The notes under the pieces were generated by a model. The model made no database searches and was not told the DNA's origin. It worked only from the letters and a program-made list of their open reading frames with translations. Position numbers and translations under genes: made by a program. Source: Longimicrobiales bacterium (GTDB taxonomy: Bacteria; Gemmatimonadota; Gemmatimonadetes; Longimicrobiales; Gaopeijiaceae). Taken from it: a stretch of 64,000 bases of DNA. Shown here one piece after another: positions 1-11,020 of this stretch (position 1 is its first letter; each line of letters starts with the position of its first letter). The DNA lies in NCBI GenBank assembly GCA_965202985.1, contig CBDBCF010000001.1, positions 96,001 to 160,000 of the forward strand, read 5' to 3'.

Positions 1-1
1 G

Positions 2-355
2 GCCGACGCCGGCGCTCGCTCCGCCGTATTCCTGGTGCTGCGCCTGCCCGGACCCGTGGCGGACCACTTCGCCGCATGGCTGGAGCGCCACTTCCCCGAA
101 CGCAAGGACAAGGTGCTGGCGCGAGTTCGAGACGTTCGAGGGGGACGGCTGGACGACCCGGCCTTTCACAGCCGGTTTCGGGGGCGGGGAAGCTACGCGG
201 ACCAGATGCACGCCCTGTTCCGCGTGGCGGCCAGGAAGGCCGGACTCGAGGCCGGACTGCCTCCGCTTTCCGTGGACGGCTTCCGAAGGGACGGCGGCGT
301 TCAGGCGGACCTGTTCGGCGAACGCGGCGTAACGACTCAGCGCGCGAGCATGTAG
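2..355 (+). CDS. PA0069/Rv2578c-family radical SAM protein, C-terminal part (5' end outside window)
   Basis: Frame is open from base 2: ADAGARSAVFLVLRLPG...FAAWLERHFPERKDKVL...RGGRLDDPAFHSRFRGRGSYAD, the typical C-terminus of this family. Confidence 0.8.
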   Translation, partial: ADAGARSAVFLVLRLPGPVADHFAAWLERHFPERKDKVLARVRDVRGGRLDDPAFHSRFRGRGSYADQMHALFRVAARKAGLEAGLPPLSVDGFRRDGGVQADLFGERGVTTQRASM

Positions 356-864
356 GCGTAGGCGGCCACCGCCGCCACCTGTTCGTCGGTCAGCGGCATC
401 CCGGCCCTGGGCAGCATTGCGCCCGGGTGTTCCACGGGCTGGGCGACGCCCGTCTTGACCAGCTCGACGATGGAGGCGTACTCGCCGTCCACGTTCAGCC
501 ACTGGTCGTCGGTCAGGTCGGGCGCCAGCGGACCGCCCGTCGCCTCCACGGTGTGGCAGGTGTAGCAGATGCCGGCCCCGTTGAAGATCTCCCGGCCCTC
601 GCGGACCATCGCCTCCGTGACGCCTTCGGGCAGCAGGGTTGGATCGACGGCGAAGGCGGGCGGATGGGCGGGGGGGGCGGCCTCCGGGGCCACGGCGGCG
701 TCGGCTGACGCGGGCGCTTGATCGGCGGAGTCCGATCCCGTGTCGGCGCCGCCGCAGCCGACGACGACCAGGAGCAGCGCGGGCGCCGCGGCCGGAACGC
801 CGAACCGTCGGGTCCGTAGCGTAAACCGTCGCGTCCGTAGCGGAGTGCAGGTGCTTGGCGTCAT
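337..864 (-). CDS. Monoheme c-type cytochrome, probable lipoprotein
   Basis: CYTCH heme motif, APDLTDDQWL, distal Met (AMLP); hydrophobic signal ending VVGC. Confidence 0.85.
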   Translation of the reverse strand: MTPSTCTPLRTRRFTLRTRRFGVPAAAPALLLVVVGCGGADTGSDSADQAPASADAAVAPEAAPPAHPPAFAVDPTLLPEGVTEAMVREGREIFNGAGICYTCHTVEATGGPLAPDLTDDQWLNVDGEYASIVELVKTGVAQPVEHPGAMLPRAGMPLTDEQVAAVAAYAYMLAR

Positions 865-911
865 TATCTTGCGGCTTGGGACTCGTCTATGCGGAAACGG
901 AAAGCTCGCCG

Positions 912-2447
912 ATGAACCCTTCCGGGGTCAACCGACGCGGGGCGGCCAGCACGGAGCCCAAAGCGGCGAAGTTGCGCCGGGGAGCGTCGGCGGGTTGGCG
1001 CGTGGCGGTGGTGGGGGCGGGGCCGGCGGGCTTCTACGCGGCCGGGGCCGTTCTCGACAAGGGCGGCGGCGGGGACGGACAGGGCCGCGAGGAAGGGGGC
1101 GCCCCCGCGGTTGCCGCGGTGGACGTCTTCCACCGCCTTCCTGCGCCGTACGGGCTGGTGCGCGACGGCGTGGCCCCCGACCACCAGCACATGAAGACGG
1201 CCGCGCGGGCGTACGCCAAGCTGCTGGAACGCAACCGGGTCCGCTACTTCGGGAACGTGACCGTGGGCTCGGACGTGCACGTGGCGGAGCTTCGTCGGCT
1301 CTACGACCAGATCGTCTACGCCTTCGGCGCCCAGACCGGTCGCCGGCTGGGCATTCCCGGCGAGGACCTGGCCGGGAGCCGCGACGCCACCAGCTTCGTC
1401 GGTTGGTACAACGGCCACCCCGGATACAGGAACGCGACGTTCGGGCTGGACTGCGAGCGCGTCGTGGTCGTCGGGAACGGAAACGTGGCGCTGGACGTGG
1501 CGCGGATCCTGGTCTTGGACCCCGCGCGGCTGGCCGCCACCGACATCGCCGACCACGCCTTGCGGGCGCTCCGTCGGAGTCGGGTTCGCGAGGTCGTGCT
1601 GCTGGGGCGGCGCGGCCCCGTGCAGGCTTCGTTCACGAACCCGGAACTTCGCGAGTTCGGCCGGCTGGAGGGCGTGTCGCCCCAGGTGGACCCGGCGGAG
1701 CTGGGACTGGACGCCGCCAGTGCCGCGGTCGAGGAGACGAACCGCATGAAGGGCCGCAACATGGCCACCTTGCGCGGCTACGCCGGCCAGTCCAGCGGGG
1801 GCGGGCGGACGGTCCGGTTCCGCTTCTTCGCCTCGCCGGTGGAGATCGTTGGGCGGGACGGGCGCGTGGCCGGCGTGCGGGTCGAGCGCACCCGCTTGGC
1901 GCCTTCGGACGACGGAGGTCTGCGCGCCGTGGGGACGGGCACGCTCGAGACGATCTCGTGCGGCTTGGTGCTTCGGTCGGTGGGATACCGGGGGACGCCG
2001 ACGCCGGGGGTCCCGTTCGAAGAGGCGCGGGGGATCGTGCCCAACGAGGGCGGGCGGGTCCTGGGCGCGGACGGCGCGCCGCTGCCGGGCGAGTACGTGG
2101 TGGGGTGGGCCAAGCGGGGTCCCACCGGCGTGATAGGCACCAACAAGGCCGACGCGGCGGCCACGGCGGCGCTCATGGCGGAGGATCGGGCGGTGGGGAT
2201 CGGGACGGGCGGGAGCGCCGGGACGGCTGTGGACGCCGGGTCCAGCGAGGCCGGCGGCGTCGAAGCGCTGCTCCGCGACCGGGGGGTGCGCTGGGTGGAC
2301 AAGGCGGGATGGGCACGCCTGGACGCCCACGAGACGGCGCAGGGGCAGGCGCGGGGGCGGCCGCGGGTCAAGGTGTGCTCGGTCCGGGAGATGCTGGAGG
2401 TCGCCGGCCCGCCGGAAGGGGCCGCGCCCGCGTCAGAGAGAGGCTGA
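912..2447 (+). CDS. Ferredoxin--NADP+ reductase (FprA/adrenodoxin-reductase type)
   Basis: [66 protein letters not shown] at 912 chosen. Confidence 0.9.
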   Translation: MNPSGVNRRGAASTEPKAAKLRRGASAGWRVAVVGAGPAGFYAAGAVLDKGGGGDGQGREEGGAPAVAAVDVFHRLPAPYGLVRDGVAPDHQHMKTAARAYAKLLERNRVRYFGNVTVGSDVHVAELRRLYDQIVYAFGAQTGRRLGIPGEDLAGSRDATSFVGWYNGHPGYRNATFGLDCERVVVVGNGNVALDVARILVLDPARLAATDIADHALRALRRSRVREVVLLGRRGPVQASFTNPELREFGRLEGVSPQVDPAELGLDAASAAVEETNRMKGRNMATLRGYAGQSSGGGRTVRFRFFASPVEIVGRDGRVAGVRVERTRLAPSDDGGLRAVGTGTLETISCGLVLRSVGYRGTPTPGVPFEEARGIVPNEGGRVLGADGAPLPGEYVVGWAKRGPTGVIGTNKADAAATAALMAEDRAVGIGTGGSAGTAVDAGSSEAGGVEALLRDRGVRWVDKAGWARLDAHETAQGQARGRPRVKVCSVREMLEVAGPPEGAAPASERG

Positions 2448-4706
2448 CAACCGCCAGATCTGGGCCAGCAGGAAGCAGACCACGAAGCCCAGGGCCAGCG
2501 GCAGCAGCGCCGACAGCGCCGTCCATCGCGCGCTTCGCGTCTCCTTGTAGATCGTGTACAGCGTTGTGGAGCACGGGTTGTGGAGCAGGCTGAACAGCAT
2601 GAGGCTTACCCCCGTCAGGAGCGTCCAGCCGCCGGCCCGCAGCAGTCCTTCCATCTCCGTGGCCGAGTCGCCTTCGAACATGACGCCGGCGCCCGCGCCC
2701 AGCTCCGGGGCGCCCAGGGTCAGCACCGTGAGCATCAGGATCGTCGGGATCACGATCTCGTTCGCGGGCACGGCGATCACGTAGGCCAGGAGGACGACGC
2801 CGTTCAGGCCCAGCAGGAGACCCAGCGGGTGCAGGAGGCCGATGGCGTGCTCGGCCAGCGAGGCGTCCCCCGCCGAGATGTTGGAGACGAGCCAGATGAC
2901 GGCGCCGGCGGGGACGGCGAAGAGCACGGCGCGCCACAGGACGATCAGCGTGCGGTCGACGAGCGAGGTGTACAGGGTCCGCAGGATGCGCGGCGGGCGA
3001 TAGGGGGGAAGCTCCAGCGAGAACGTGGTGGCTTCGCCCCGGAGGACCGTGCGGGACAGCCCCCACGACACCAGAAACATGAACGCTACGCCCAGCAGGG
3101 CCACCGCCACGACGGCGGCGGCGGAGACCAGGCCGGCCAAGCGCGGCGGGGCCAGGGCACCGATGAAGATGCTGGCGACCAGGATTTGCGTGGGCCACCG
3201 TCCGTTGCACAGGGAGAAGTTGTTCGTGACGATGGCGACGAGGCGTTCCCGAGGACTGTCGATGACCCGGGCGGCCACGACGCCGGCGGCGTTGCAGCCG
3301 AACCCCATGCTCATCGTCAGGGCCTGCTTGCCGTGGGCGCCGGCGCGCCGAAAGAGAGCGTCCAGGTTGAAGGCGACCCGCGGCAGGTAGCCGAAGTCTT
3401 CCAGCAGCGTGAACAGGGGGAAGAAGATCGCCATGGGGGGCAGCATCACGCTCACGACCCAGGCCGTGGCCAGGTAGACGCCGTCAAAGAGGAAGCCGGC
3501 CAGCCACCAGGGCATGCCCGCCCAGCCGCCGAACTGGTGCAGGAGCGGATGGAGCCCGTCCACCAGCATCGCCGCCAGCATCGCCGACGGCACGTTGGCG
3601 CCGGCGATCGTCACCCAGAACACCGCTGCCAATATCAGGAGCATGAGCGGGAAGCCCGCGAAGCGGCTGGTGAGCCATCGATCCAGTCTTCGGTCGAACG
3701 CGGCTCCGCCCCGACGGGACTTGGAAGTCGCGACAGCGGCGATGCGGGCCGCTTCCCGGTAGAGGTTTTCGGCCATGGCGTCGTCGAACCCGGGGCGGAG
3801 GGTCCAGCGTTGACGGGTCGCGGTCGCCAGGACGCGCGCCCCCCGTTGCTCGGAGGGACGGCGCAATGGCGCGGCTTCATGCGCAGGCGCCGCCTCGTTC
3901 GCGGACGCGCTTTCGGGACGCCCGATCTCGTCCGATCGGACCGCTCGGGCCACGCTCTCGTCGCCCTGGAGAAGGCGGAGGGCCACCCAGCCTGCGTTGG
4001 AAAGGCCGGGGAACTCGTCCTTCAGCGCCCCCCTCACGGTCGCCACGGCGTCCGCCACCTGGGGCGGATGGGACCGACTGCGGAACGGGCGCGTACTGCG
4101 GCGTCCCGACGCCACGGCGGCGGCCGCGTCCAGCAGCGCCTCGATCCCTTCGCCCTCGCGGGCCACCGCCGGCGCCACCGGCACGCCCAGTTCCTTCTCC
4201 AGCCGCTTCACGTCCACCGAGACGCCGTGCCGCCGCGCCTCGTCCATCAGGTTGAGGCACACCACCACTCGACCGGTGATCTCCAAGACCTGGAGGACCA
4301 AGTTGAGGTTCCGTTCCAGCCGCGCCGCGTCCACCACCACCACCACCACGTCGGGCTCTCCAAACAGGAGGAAGTCGCGGGCCACTTCCTCGTCGGTGCT
4401 GGCGGCTTGGAGCGAGTAGGTGCCGGGCAAGTCCACCACCTTGACGCGCCGGCGCTCGTGGACGAACGCCCCTTCGGCCCGCACCACGGTCTTGCCCGGC
4501 CAGTTCCCGGTGTGCTGGCGAAGCCCGGTCAGGGCGTTGAACACGGTCGACTTGCCCACGTTGGGGTTGCCGGCCAGCGCGATCAGGTCGTCCCACTTGC
4601 GAGGACTGAGCCCCAGGCGCACCAAGCGCCGGCGCCGAGTCCGTCCGGGCCCTTCGCCGGCGGCGTCCCTGCTCGCCAAGGCCGCCCCTGCCGCTCCCGG
4701 CGTCAC
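2433..4706 (-). CDS. feoB: Ferrous iron transporter B
   Basis: [25 protein letters not shown] GTPase motifs; [27 protein letters not shown] gate motifs. GTG 4706 overlaps the upstream TGA. Confidence 0.92.
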   Translation of the reverse strand: MTPGAAGAALASRDAAGEGPGRTRRRRLVRLGLSPRKWDDLIALAGNPNVGKSTVFNALTGLRQHTGNWPGKTVVRAEGAFVHERRRVKVVDLPGTYSLQAASTDEEVARDFLLFGEPDVVVVVVDAARLERNLNLVLQVLEITGRVVVCLNLMDEARRHGVSVDVKRLEKELGVPVAPAVAREGEGIEALLDAAAAVASGRRSTRPFRSRSHPPQVADAVATVRGALKDEFPGLSNAGWVALRLLQGDESVARAVRSDEIGRPESASANEAAPAHEAAPLRRPSEQRGARVLATATRQRWTLRPGFDDAMAENLYREAARIAAVATSKSRRGGAAFDRRLDRWLTSRFAGFPLMLLILAAVFWVTIAGANVPSAMLAAMLVDGLHPLLHQFGGWAGMPWWLAGFLFDGVYLATAWVVSVMLPPMAIFFPLFTLLEDFGYLPRVAFNLDALFRRAGAHGKQALTMSMGFGCNAAGVVAARVIDSPRERLVAIVTNNFSLCNGRWPTQILVASIFIGALAPPRLAGLVSAAAVVAVALLGVAFMFLVSWGLSRTVLRGEATTFSLELPPYRPPRILRTLYTSLVDRTLIVLWRAVLFAVPAGAVIWLVSNISAGDASLAEHAIGLLHPLGLLLGLNGVVLLAYVIAVPANEIVIPTILMLTVLTLGAPELGAGAGVMFEGDSATEMEGLLRAGGWTLLTGVSLMLFSLLHNPCSTTLYTIYKETRSARWTALSALLPLALGFVVCFLLAQIWRLSASL

Positions 4707-5749
4707 GCCGCATCCTCCGTCGCGGGCGCACCCACGCCCACCCATGCCGCCTGTTCCCGTCGCAGCGCCACCAGTGCGCCGCGAACGTCGTAGGCCACGG
4801 GGTCGCCGCCCGCGCTCCGCATGACCGCGCGCACGACCGTGCCGGGCACCACGCCCAAGTCCAACAGGCGCCGGCGCGCCGGGCCTCGGCAGGCCGCCGA
4901 GAGGCCCACGACCTTGGCCGAAGCGCCCAGAGGCAAGTCGGCCAGCGTTCGGGACCATCGGGCGGGCGGCGGACCCCCGGCCGGCTCGACGGTCACGTTG
5001 CGCGCCACCGCGGCGGGCACTTCGTGCACTTGGTCGCCGACGCGAAAGCGAACCACGCCGCGAGGTCCGTCCAGGCGCTCCACCGTGGCGGTCAAGCCCA
5101 GGTCAAGCGCGATCAGCTCGCCGTAGATCGCGGCGGGCTCGTCCTCCAGGTGGGTGATCACGCCCCTTTCGCCGGTGCCCAACGACGACAGCGGGAAGCC
5201 CGAGCGCGCGGGCACTTCGCCGGCCGCCGTGGGGATCGGATCGCCGTGAGGGTCGTAGGCCGGGTGGCCCAGCGCAGCCGCCAATTCCTCGGTGTCGGCG
5301 GCGGACAGGACGTGCTCGCGTTCCTCCGCCAGACCGTGCCAGTCCTGGGCGGGCGTGCCGGTCCGGTCCGCCAGAAAGCGCTCCCACAGGCGGTGGGTCC
5401 GCACGATCCGCAAGGCGTAGTCGCGCCCGGCCGGAGTGAGCCGGAAGCGGGTGTCGCGCACTGTCGCGAACCCCCTCTCCTCCAGCCGCTGGAGCAGCCG
5501 AATCGCTTGGTGGCGCGAGGCTTGCACGCCGCCGGCGACGCTTTCCGGCGTGGCGGGGAGCTTGTCGTACTCCAGCTTGTGAAGCTGCTTCAGCACGTCT
5601 TCCAGCAACACGCGCTCGGAGAGGCGGGCCGCGCGTCGAAGCCGGGCGGCGACGCCCCGTCCCGGCCAGAGAACGGCCGCGCCGAGGGCCGCAAGGAGCG
5701 CGAAGACCGCAAGAGCAAGAACGGGTTCGAAGGCGGCGGATTCGGACAT
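4703..5749 (-). CDS. DtxR/MntR-family metal-dependent regulator with N-terminal TM helix and two FeoA-like domains
   Basis: [42 protein letters not shown]-terminal [12 protein letters not shown]...[20 protein letters not shown] (FeoA). Confidence 0.88.
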   Translation of the reverse strand: MSESAAFEPVLALAVFALLAALGAAVLWPGRGVAARLRRAARLSERVLLEDVLKQLHKLEYDKLPATPESVAGGVQASRHQAIRLLQRLEERGFATVRDTRFRLTPAGRDYALRIVRTHRLWERFLADRTGTPAQDWHGLAEEREHVLSAADTEELAAALGHPAYDPHGDPIPTAAGEVPARSGFPLSSLGTGERGVITHLEDEPAAIYGELIALDLGLTATVERLDGPRGVVRFRVGDQVHEVPAAVARNVTVEPAGGPPPARWSRTLADLPLGASAKVVGLSAACRGPARRRLLDLGVVPGTVVRAVMRSAGGDPVAYDVRGALVALRREQAAWVGVGAPATEDAA

Positions 5750-5756
5750 GGCCGAA

Positions 5757-5785
5757 AGTTTAGGCAAGCCTAAATCTTGGCGCAA
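5757..5785 (-). promoter_or_regulatory. Sigma70-type promoter overlapped by a DtxR/MntR-like operator palindrome
   Basis: Minus strand: TTGCGC (5785-5780), 17 bp, TAAACT (5762-5757), 7 nt, ATG. Palindrome TTTAGGC-AA-GCCTAAA at 5759-5774. Confidence 0.75.
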
Positions 5786-5879
5786 GACCTGGCAGACAGC
5801 AGCGGGGGCGCCTCCGGGCGGGGGGCGGTTCGCGACGCGACGGCTTCGCTTTCGGGGAAGCCGGTTCGTAGATTCGCAC

Positions 5880-6596
5880 ATGATCACGGCCCGAACCCCC
5901 CCGATCCCCTTGCGCAGCGGCGGAAGCGTCCGATTCGGCGGAAGCGTCCGACTGCGCGACGTGCGACGGACCGAGGCGACGTTCGCGGTGTTGGCGGCGA
6001 CGGTCGCAGTTCTGGCGGGTGCGTTCGCGTGCCTGGCGCCGGCCCCGGCTCTCGCGCAAAACCAGCGCTTCCCGGGGGTGCCCGGCGGCGACGGCTTCTC
6101 TGCTGCGGCGGCGCGCGCCGAGTACTACGCCGACGTCATGTTCCACACAAACGAACTCATGACCGACTGGCGACGGTTCTGGGCCGCGGACGACGTGGAG
6201 CACCTGCTGGACCTATACACCGAAGACGCGACCCTCGTGTACGCCGGCGAGCCGCCGGTCCGTGGACGCGAGGCGATCCGGGAGCAGCTGGACTCGCTGT
6301 TGCAGGTGTCGGGCGAGGTCCAGGCGTCGCTGTCGGACTTCGACGCCAGCGGGCGGATGGGCTTGGTCTCGGGGCTGCTCACGCTGTCGATGAGCGACGG
6401 CCGGCGGAGCTGGACCGCCACGGGCCTTCACATGACCGTGCTGATTCGGCGGGGCCGCCACTGGCGGATCCGCAGTCAGCTGGTGCGGCTGGACTCGGCT
6501 CTGGACGCGCCTCCGAACCCGTCAGGGCTGCCTGGGCGGCCACCGGGGGACGGGCCGACCGGGGGTCCAGGGCGCTCCGGCGGCTTCCAGCTCTGA
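5880..6596 (+). CDS. Exported SnoaL/NTF2-like (YybH/DUF4440) protein
   Basis: Signal peptide ending ALA-Q; WAADDVEHLLDLYTEDA...PVRGREAIR...WRI pattern. Start uncertain. Confidence 0.7.
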   Translation: MITARTPPIPLRSGGSVRFGGSVRLRDVRRTEATFAVLAATVAVLAGAFACLAPAPALAQNQRFPGVPGGDGFSAAAARAEYYADVMFHTNELMTDWRRFWAADDVEHLLDLYTEDATLVYAGEPPVRGREAIREQLDSLLQVSGEVQASLSDFDASGRMGLVSGLLTLSMSDGRRSWTATGLHMTVLIRRGRHWRIRSQLVRLDSALDAPPNPSGLPGRPPGDGPTGGPGRSGGFQL

Positions 6597-9500
6597 TTCC
6601 AGGGCCGCCATCTCCTCTTCCAGCAACGAGCGAAGGGCCTCCGACACCTCCGCCAACTGGTCCGACGCCACGGCGTAGCTTTCCCGGTGGGTGTCCGTGG
6701 GGGCCGAGGTGGCGGCCAGGCCGCTGCGCACGATCCGAGCGATCCTCTGCACGATCGACGGGGGCGCAAACTCGGCCCTGTCCAGCGCGGTGCGGTCCCG
6801 CGACAGCACGCGGCGCGCGTCGAAGAGCCGCGCCTCCAAGGCGGCGATGCGGTTCTCGTAGGCCGAGGCGTCGATCTCCGGCGTCGCCCGCACCGCGCGT
6901 CGCAGCAGCCCCAGTCTCTCGGCCGCGTGCCGGGCCGCCCGATCCGCCCCCGCGGCAGCGCGCTGCAGGGCCGCGACCCGGCGCAGGAACGCCAGCAGCG
7001 CGTCCCGGTCTTCGGCGGCCAGCGTAGCGGTTCCCAACGGCTTCACCTGGAAGGATCGAGGCGACGACAGGGCCTGATGCGTTCCGCCGTCCACCTTCGT
7101 CAGCTGCACGGAGAACGCGCCGGGCGCCGCCAAGGGGCCCGACCGCTCCGGAGGCAAGCCCCCTTCCCCGCCCCCCGGCTCGGGAGGCTCGACGGATGCG
7201 TACCGCAGGTCCCACGACACGCGATGGATGCCGGCACGGCGCGGCCCCGGTACCCGTCGCACCACTTGGCCGTCCGCGTCGGACACCACCAGCAGGACCT
7301 CCGGCGCCCGCTCCGCGTCTTCGGCGGCCAGCGCTTCGGGCGCAGGATACGGGAGATCGGCGCCCGCGGCGGCCGCCTGGATCTGCTCGCGCCGTCGCTG
7401 CTCGCCCCGCGACTCGAAGTCGTCCCGCAGGTAGTACGTGAACACGGCGCCGTGGGGCGGGTTGGGCGCCGTGAAGAAGGCGTCGCCCATGGTGCCTTTC
7501 TCCTGTCCCCCCATGGGTCTGGACGGCACGAACGCCCAGGCGTCCTTGACCGGGAACAGGTATGCGTCGGCTGCCAGCGCCTCGTCCATGAACCGCAGCG
7601 GCGCATAGTCGTCCAGCACGTAGAAGCCCCGGCCGAAGGTGGCCAGCACCAAGTCGTTCTCGCGACGCTGGATCTCCAAGTCGCGCACTGGGATCGTGGG
7701 CAAGTTCCCCTTCATCCGAACCCACGCGGCGTCCGGCCTCTCCGGGTCCACGCCTTCCGCGCCCGCCGCCGGGCCGGGGCCGCCACCCCCGACGCGGGCA
7801 AAGAGGCCGAACTCGGTCCCCAGGAACAGCAGGCCGGGCTCCACATGGTCCTCGACCAGCGTCCACGCCGCTTGGTCCTCGGGCAGACCGCCGGCGATGC
7901 TCCGCCACGTCCGTCCTCGGTCGTCGCTCTGGGCCACGTAGGGCCGAAAGTCGCCTTCCTTGTGGTTGTTGAAGACGGCGTACACGCGGTCCGGGTCGTG
8001 CCGCGAAGCCGCGACGTCGGCCACGTAGGACATGGCGGGCACGTCGGGAAAGGTCTCCTGGCGTCGCCACGAGCCCCCTCCGTCTTCAGTGACCTGCACC
8101 AGCCCGTCGTCGGTGCCCGCGTACAGCAACCCTTCCACCAACGGCGATTCGTCCAACGCCACCACCGTTCCCCAGGGCGACGTGAAGACGTTCTTCCACA
8201 CGGCCTCGGGGGGCCAAATCCGCCCCATGACGGGTCGCTGGTTGCGGTCCAGCCCGCGGCTCAGGTCGCCGCTGACGGCGGTCCAGCGGTTGGCGCGGTC
8301 GTCGGAGCGGAAGAGCTTCTGGGCAGCGAAGTACACGCGCTTCGGGTCGTGAGGGCTGATCACCAGGGGCGCGTCCCAGTGCCAGCGCAGGGCGCCCTCG
8401 CCGGGGCCGGGTTGCGGCTGGATGTCCACGGTCTCGCCGCTCGCCCGGTCGTAGCGGACGATCCCCGCGTACTGGGACTGCGTGTAGAGGATGTTCGGGT
8501 TCCCCGGCTCCACGCGGACCTGGAAGCCGTCGCCCCCCGTGGTCACGAACCAGTCGCTGTTGCGGATGCCGTGGACGTTGGTCGTGCGCGACGGGCCTCC
8601 GACGGAGGAGTTGTCCTGCGTGCCTCCGTAGACGGTGTAGAACGGCGTCGCGTCGTCCAGCCCCACGCGATAGAACTGCGTCAGCGGCAGGTTGGCCGCG
8701 TAGCGCCAGCTCCGGGCGCGGTCGAACGACTCGTAGAGGCCCCCGTCGGTGCCAGCCAGAAGGTACTCGGGGTCGTCCGGGTCGAAGACGAGCTCGTGGT
8801 TGTCCACGTGCTTGAAGCGGCTGTTGAGGGGCCGAAAGGTGCGTCCGCCGTCGTCGGTGACGTGAATGTGCACGTCCGCGGCGTACACGCGGTCCATGCG
8901 GTGGGGATCGGGGTACAGCTCGCCGTAGTACTGCGGGTCCACGACGATGTAGTCCGACATGCGCGTCCAGGACTCGCCCTGGTTCGGCGAGCGGTAGAAG
9001 CCGCTCTTGTCTTCGGTTGCGGCCGCCAGCGCGTACACCACGTCCGGGTTCACGGGCGACACGGCCAGGGCGATGCGGCCCAGGTCGCCCTCTGGCAAGC
9101 CGCGGGTGATGTCGCGCCACGTGGCGCCGCCGTCGGTGCTCTTCCGGACGCCCGACTCGGGACCGCCCGCCACCAGCACACCGACGTGCCGCCGCCGCTG
9201 GTACGCCACCGCGTAGAGGACGTCCGGGTCGCGGGGGTCCAGGTGCACGTCGGCGATGCCCGTGTCCTCGCTGATCCGCAGGACCGGCGTCCAGGTTGCG
9301 CCGCCGTCCGTGGTCTTGAAGAGGCCACGGTCGCCCCCCGGCGCCCACAGGCCGCCCATCGCCGCCACGTACACCACGTCCGAGTCCCGAGGATCGATCA
9401 GGATCTTGCCAACGTGCTCCGAGGCGGCAAGGCCCATGCGGGTCCAGGTGCGCCCCCCGTCCAGGCTCTTGTAGACGCCGTCGCCCCAGCCCACGCTGCG

Positions 9501-9953
9501 CTGGCTGGTGTTCTCGCCGGTACCCAGCCAGACGACGTTGGAGTTCGCGGGATCGATCGCGATCGCGCCGGTCGAGTAGGACGGGTAGCGGTCGAAGACG
9601 GGCGTCCACGTGGTGCCCCGGTTCTCGGTCTTCCAGACGTTCGAAGAGGCGGTGGCCACGTACCACACGCTCCGGTCGCGGGGGTCCACGGCCACGTCGG
9701 CGATGCGGCCCGACATGAACGCGGGTCCCAGCGGGCGCAGGGGGAGGCCGGCGAGGAGGTCCTCGTCGGGGGCGGCGGGGGCCGCTTGGGAGGCCGGGGG
9801 CTGGGCGGTGGCGGGGGCGCGCACGGGGGAAGCGACGGCCGCCCAAGGGGCGCTACGAGCGCTGTGAAAGGGGGCGCCCGCGGCGGGCGGGGCGGCCAGG
9901 GCGGGGGCTGCCAGGGCGGCGGCCACGAGAAGGCGGGCGGGGGCGGTCGGCAT
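6522..9953 (-). CDS. VPS10/BNR-repeat glycosyl-hydrolase-like secreted protein
   Basis: GPAFMSGRIAD, many S/TxDGGxTW Asp-boxes, GGTQDN, C-terminal coiled coil; GGAGG upstream of ATG 9953. Confidence 0.88.
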   Translation of the reverse strand: MPTAPARLLVAAALAAPALAAPPAAGAPFHSARSAPWAAVASPVRAPATAQPPASQAAPAAPDEDLLAGLPLRPLGPAFMSGRIADVAVDPRDRSVWYVATASSNVWKTENRGTTWTPVFDRYPSYSTGAIAIDPANSNVVWLGTGENTSQRSVGWGDGVYKSLDGGRTWTRMGLAASEHVGKILIDPRDSDVVYVAAMGGLWAPGGDRGLFKTTDGGATWTPVLRISEDTGIADVHLDPRDPDVLYAVAYQRRRHVGVLVAGGPESGVRKSTDGGATWRDITRGLPEGDLGRIALAVSPVNPDVVYALAAATEDKSGFYRSPNQGESWTRMSDYIVVDPQYYGELYPDPHRMDRVYAADVHIHVTDDGGRTFRPLNSRFKHVDNHELVFDPDDPEYLLAGTDGGLYESFDRARSWRYAANLPLTQFYRVGLDDATPFYTVYGGTQDNSSVGGPSRTTNVHGIRNSDWFVTTGGDGFQVRVEPGNPNILYTQSQYAGIVRYDRASGETVDIQPQPGPGEGALRWHWDAPLVISPHDPKRVYFAAQKLFRSDDRANRWTAVSGDLSRGLDRNQRPVMGRIWPPEAVWKNVFTSPWGTVVALDESPLVEGLLYAGTDDGLVQVTEDGGGSWRRQETFPDVPAMSYVADVAASRHDPDRVYAVFNNHKEGDFRPYVAQSDDRGRTWRSIAGGLPEDQAAWTLVEDHVEPGLLFLGTEFGLFARVGGGGPGPAAGAEGVDPERPDAAWVRMKGNLPTIPVRDLEIQRRENDLVLATFGRGFYVLDDYAPLRFMDEALAADAYLFPVKDAWAFVPSRPMGGQEKGTMGDAFFTAPNPPHGAVFTYYLRDDFESRGEQRRREQIQAAAAGADLPYPAPEALAAEDAERAPEVLLVVSDADGQVVRRVPGPRRAGIHRVSWDLRYASVEPPEPGGGEGGLPPERSGPLAAPGAFSVQLTKVDGGTHQALSSPRSFQVKPLGTATLAAEDRDALLAFLRRVAALQRAAAGADRAARHAAERLGLLRRAVRATPEIDASAYENRIAALEARLFDARRVLSRDRTALDRAEFAPPSIVQRIARIVRSGLAATSAPTDTHRESYAVASDQLAEVSEALRSLLEEEMAALESELEAAGAPWTPGRPVPRWPPRQP

Positions 9954-10004
9954 CGCGGGGGTGTCCTCCCGGGTTGGCGGGCCTGGCGGTTGGGCGGGGG
10001 CGGC

Positions 10005-10033
10005 ATCATGTCTCGTTGGCGCCGGCGAGTCAA
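10005..10033 (-). promoter_or_regulatory. Putative sigma70 promoter of the VPS10 gene
   Basis: Minus strand TTGACT, 17 bp, CATGAT, about 50 bp upstream of the start. Confidence 0.4.
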
Positions 10034-10108
10034 CCGAGATCGCACCGGGACCGGCGGAGTCGCCCCCGCCCCTACCGGAGCCCATGCGCGATCGGTAGTT
10101 TCGCCCCG

Positions 10109-11020
10109 ATGAGCACGGAACCGGGTTCGACCGGAGCGGTCCGCGACGGGAACGCCATCGTGGACAACCGCGCGCGCACCGTGGGCAATTTCCTGCGCGC
10201 CCGCCTCCGAGCCGACGCCGCGCTCTCCGTCGTGTCGGCCTACTTCACGATCTACGCTTACGGAGACCTTCGGGCCGAGCTGGATGGGCTCCAACGGCTT
10301 CGCTTTCTCTACGGCCAGCCGGAGGGCGCGGCCTCGGTGGACCCGGCAGAGGGAGAAGACAAGGCCTACCGCCTGACCCGCGACGGCGCCCTGGAGCTGC
10401 GCCGCGCACTGACGCAGAAGCCCCTCGCCCGCGCGTGTGCGCAGTGGATCAAGGAGAAGGTGGACGTGCGCACCGTGCGCAAGGCCAACTTCCTGCACGG
10501 CAAGCTGTACTGCGTGGAAGATGCCGACGGCGAAACTGCCGCCCTCGTGGGCAGCTCCAACTTCACGCGCGGCGGCCTGGGCTTCGGCGCCAACCCCAAC
10601 ATCGAACTCAACTTGGAGGTGCGGAACGGCGCCGACCGAACCCGACTGCTGCAGTGGTTCGACGCTCTTTGGTGCGACGAACGGCTTACGCGAGACGCAA
10701 AGGACGAAGTGTTGGCGGCGCTGGAGCGCTTGGGCAGGGACTATTCGCCCGAGTTCGTCTACTACAAGACGCTCTTCCACGTCCTAAAGGACAGAATCGA
10801 CGAGCGCGGGCACCGGGACGGACTTGTGCAGGACGTTCATCTGCACGACACTGCCGTTTGGCAGGCGCTCTACCGGTTTCAGAAGGACGGCGCCGTGAGC
10901 GCGATCAACCGGTTGCTCGAGCACAACGGTTGCATCCTCGCCGACAGCGTCGGGCTAGAATTGTCGACACATCCGACAAGTTTTTCTCGGATACGAAGAG
11001 TCAGAACATCAATGCTGTGA
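10109..11020 (+). pseudogene. Truncated PLD-domain SNF2-type helicase (N-terminal third only)
   Basis: SAYFTIYAY, LHGKLY...GSSNFT...NIELN (PLD); LYRFQKDG...CILADSVGL breaks at about 10957, just before the Walker A GKT. Confidence 0.8.

Noticed and set aside
6687..10112. Very long antisense or alternate-frame ORFs (also 46334-49111, 57967-61638, 38199-40607 and others)
   Set aside because: Shadows of real genes in high-GC DNA; Arg/Gly/Pro-rich with no motifs.
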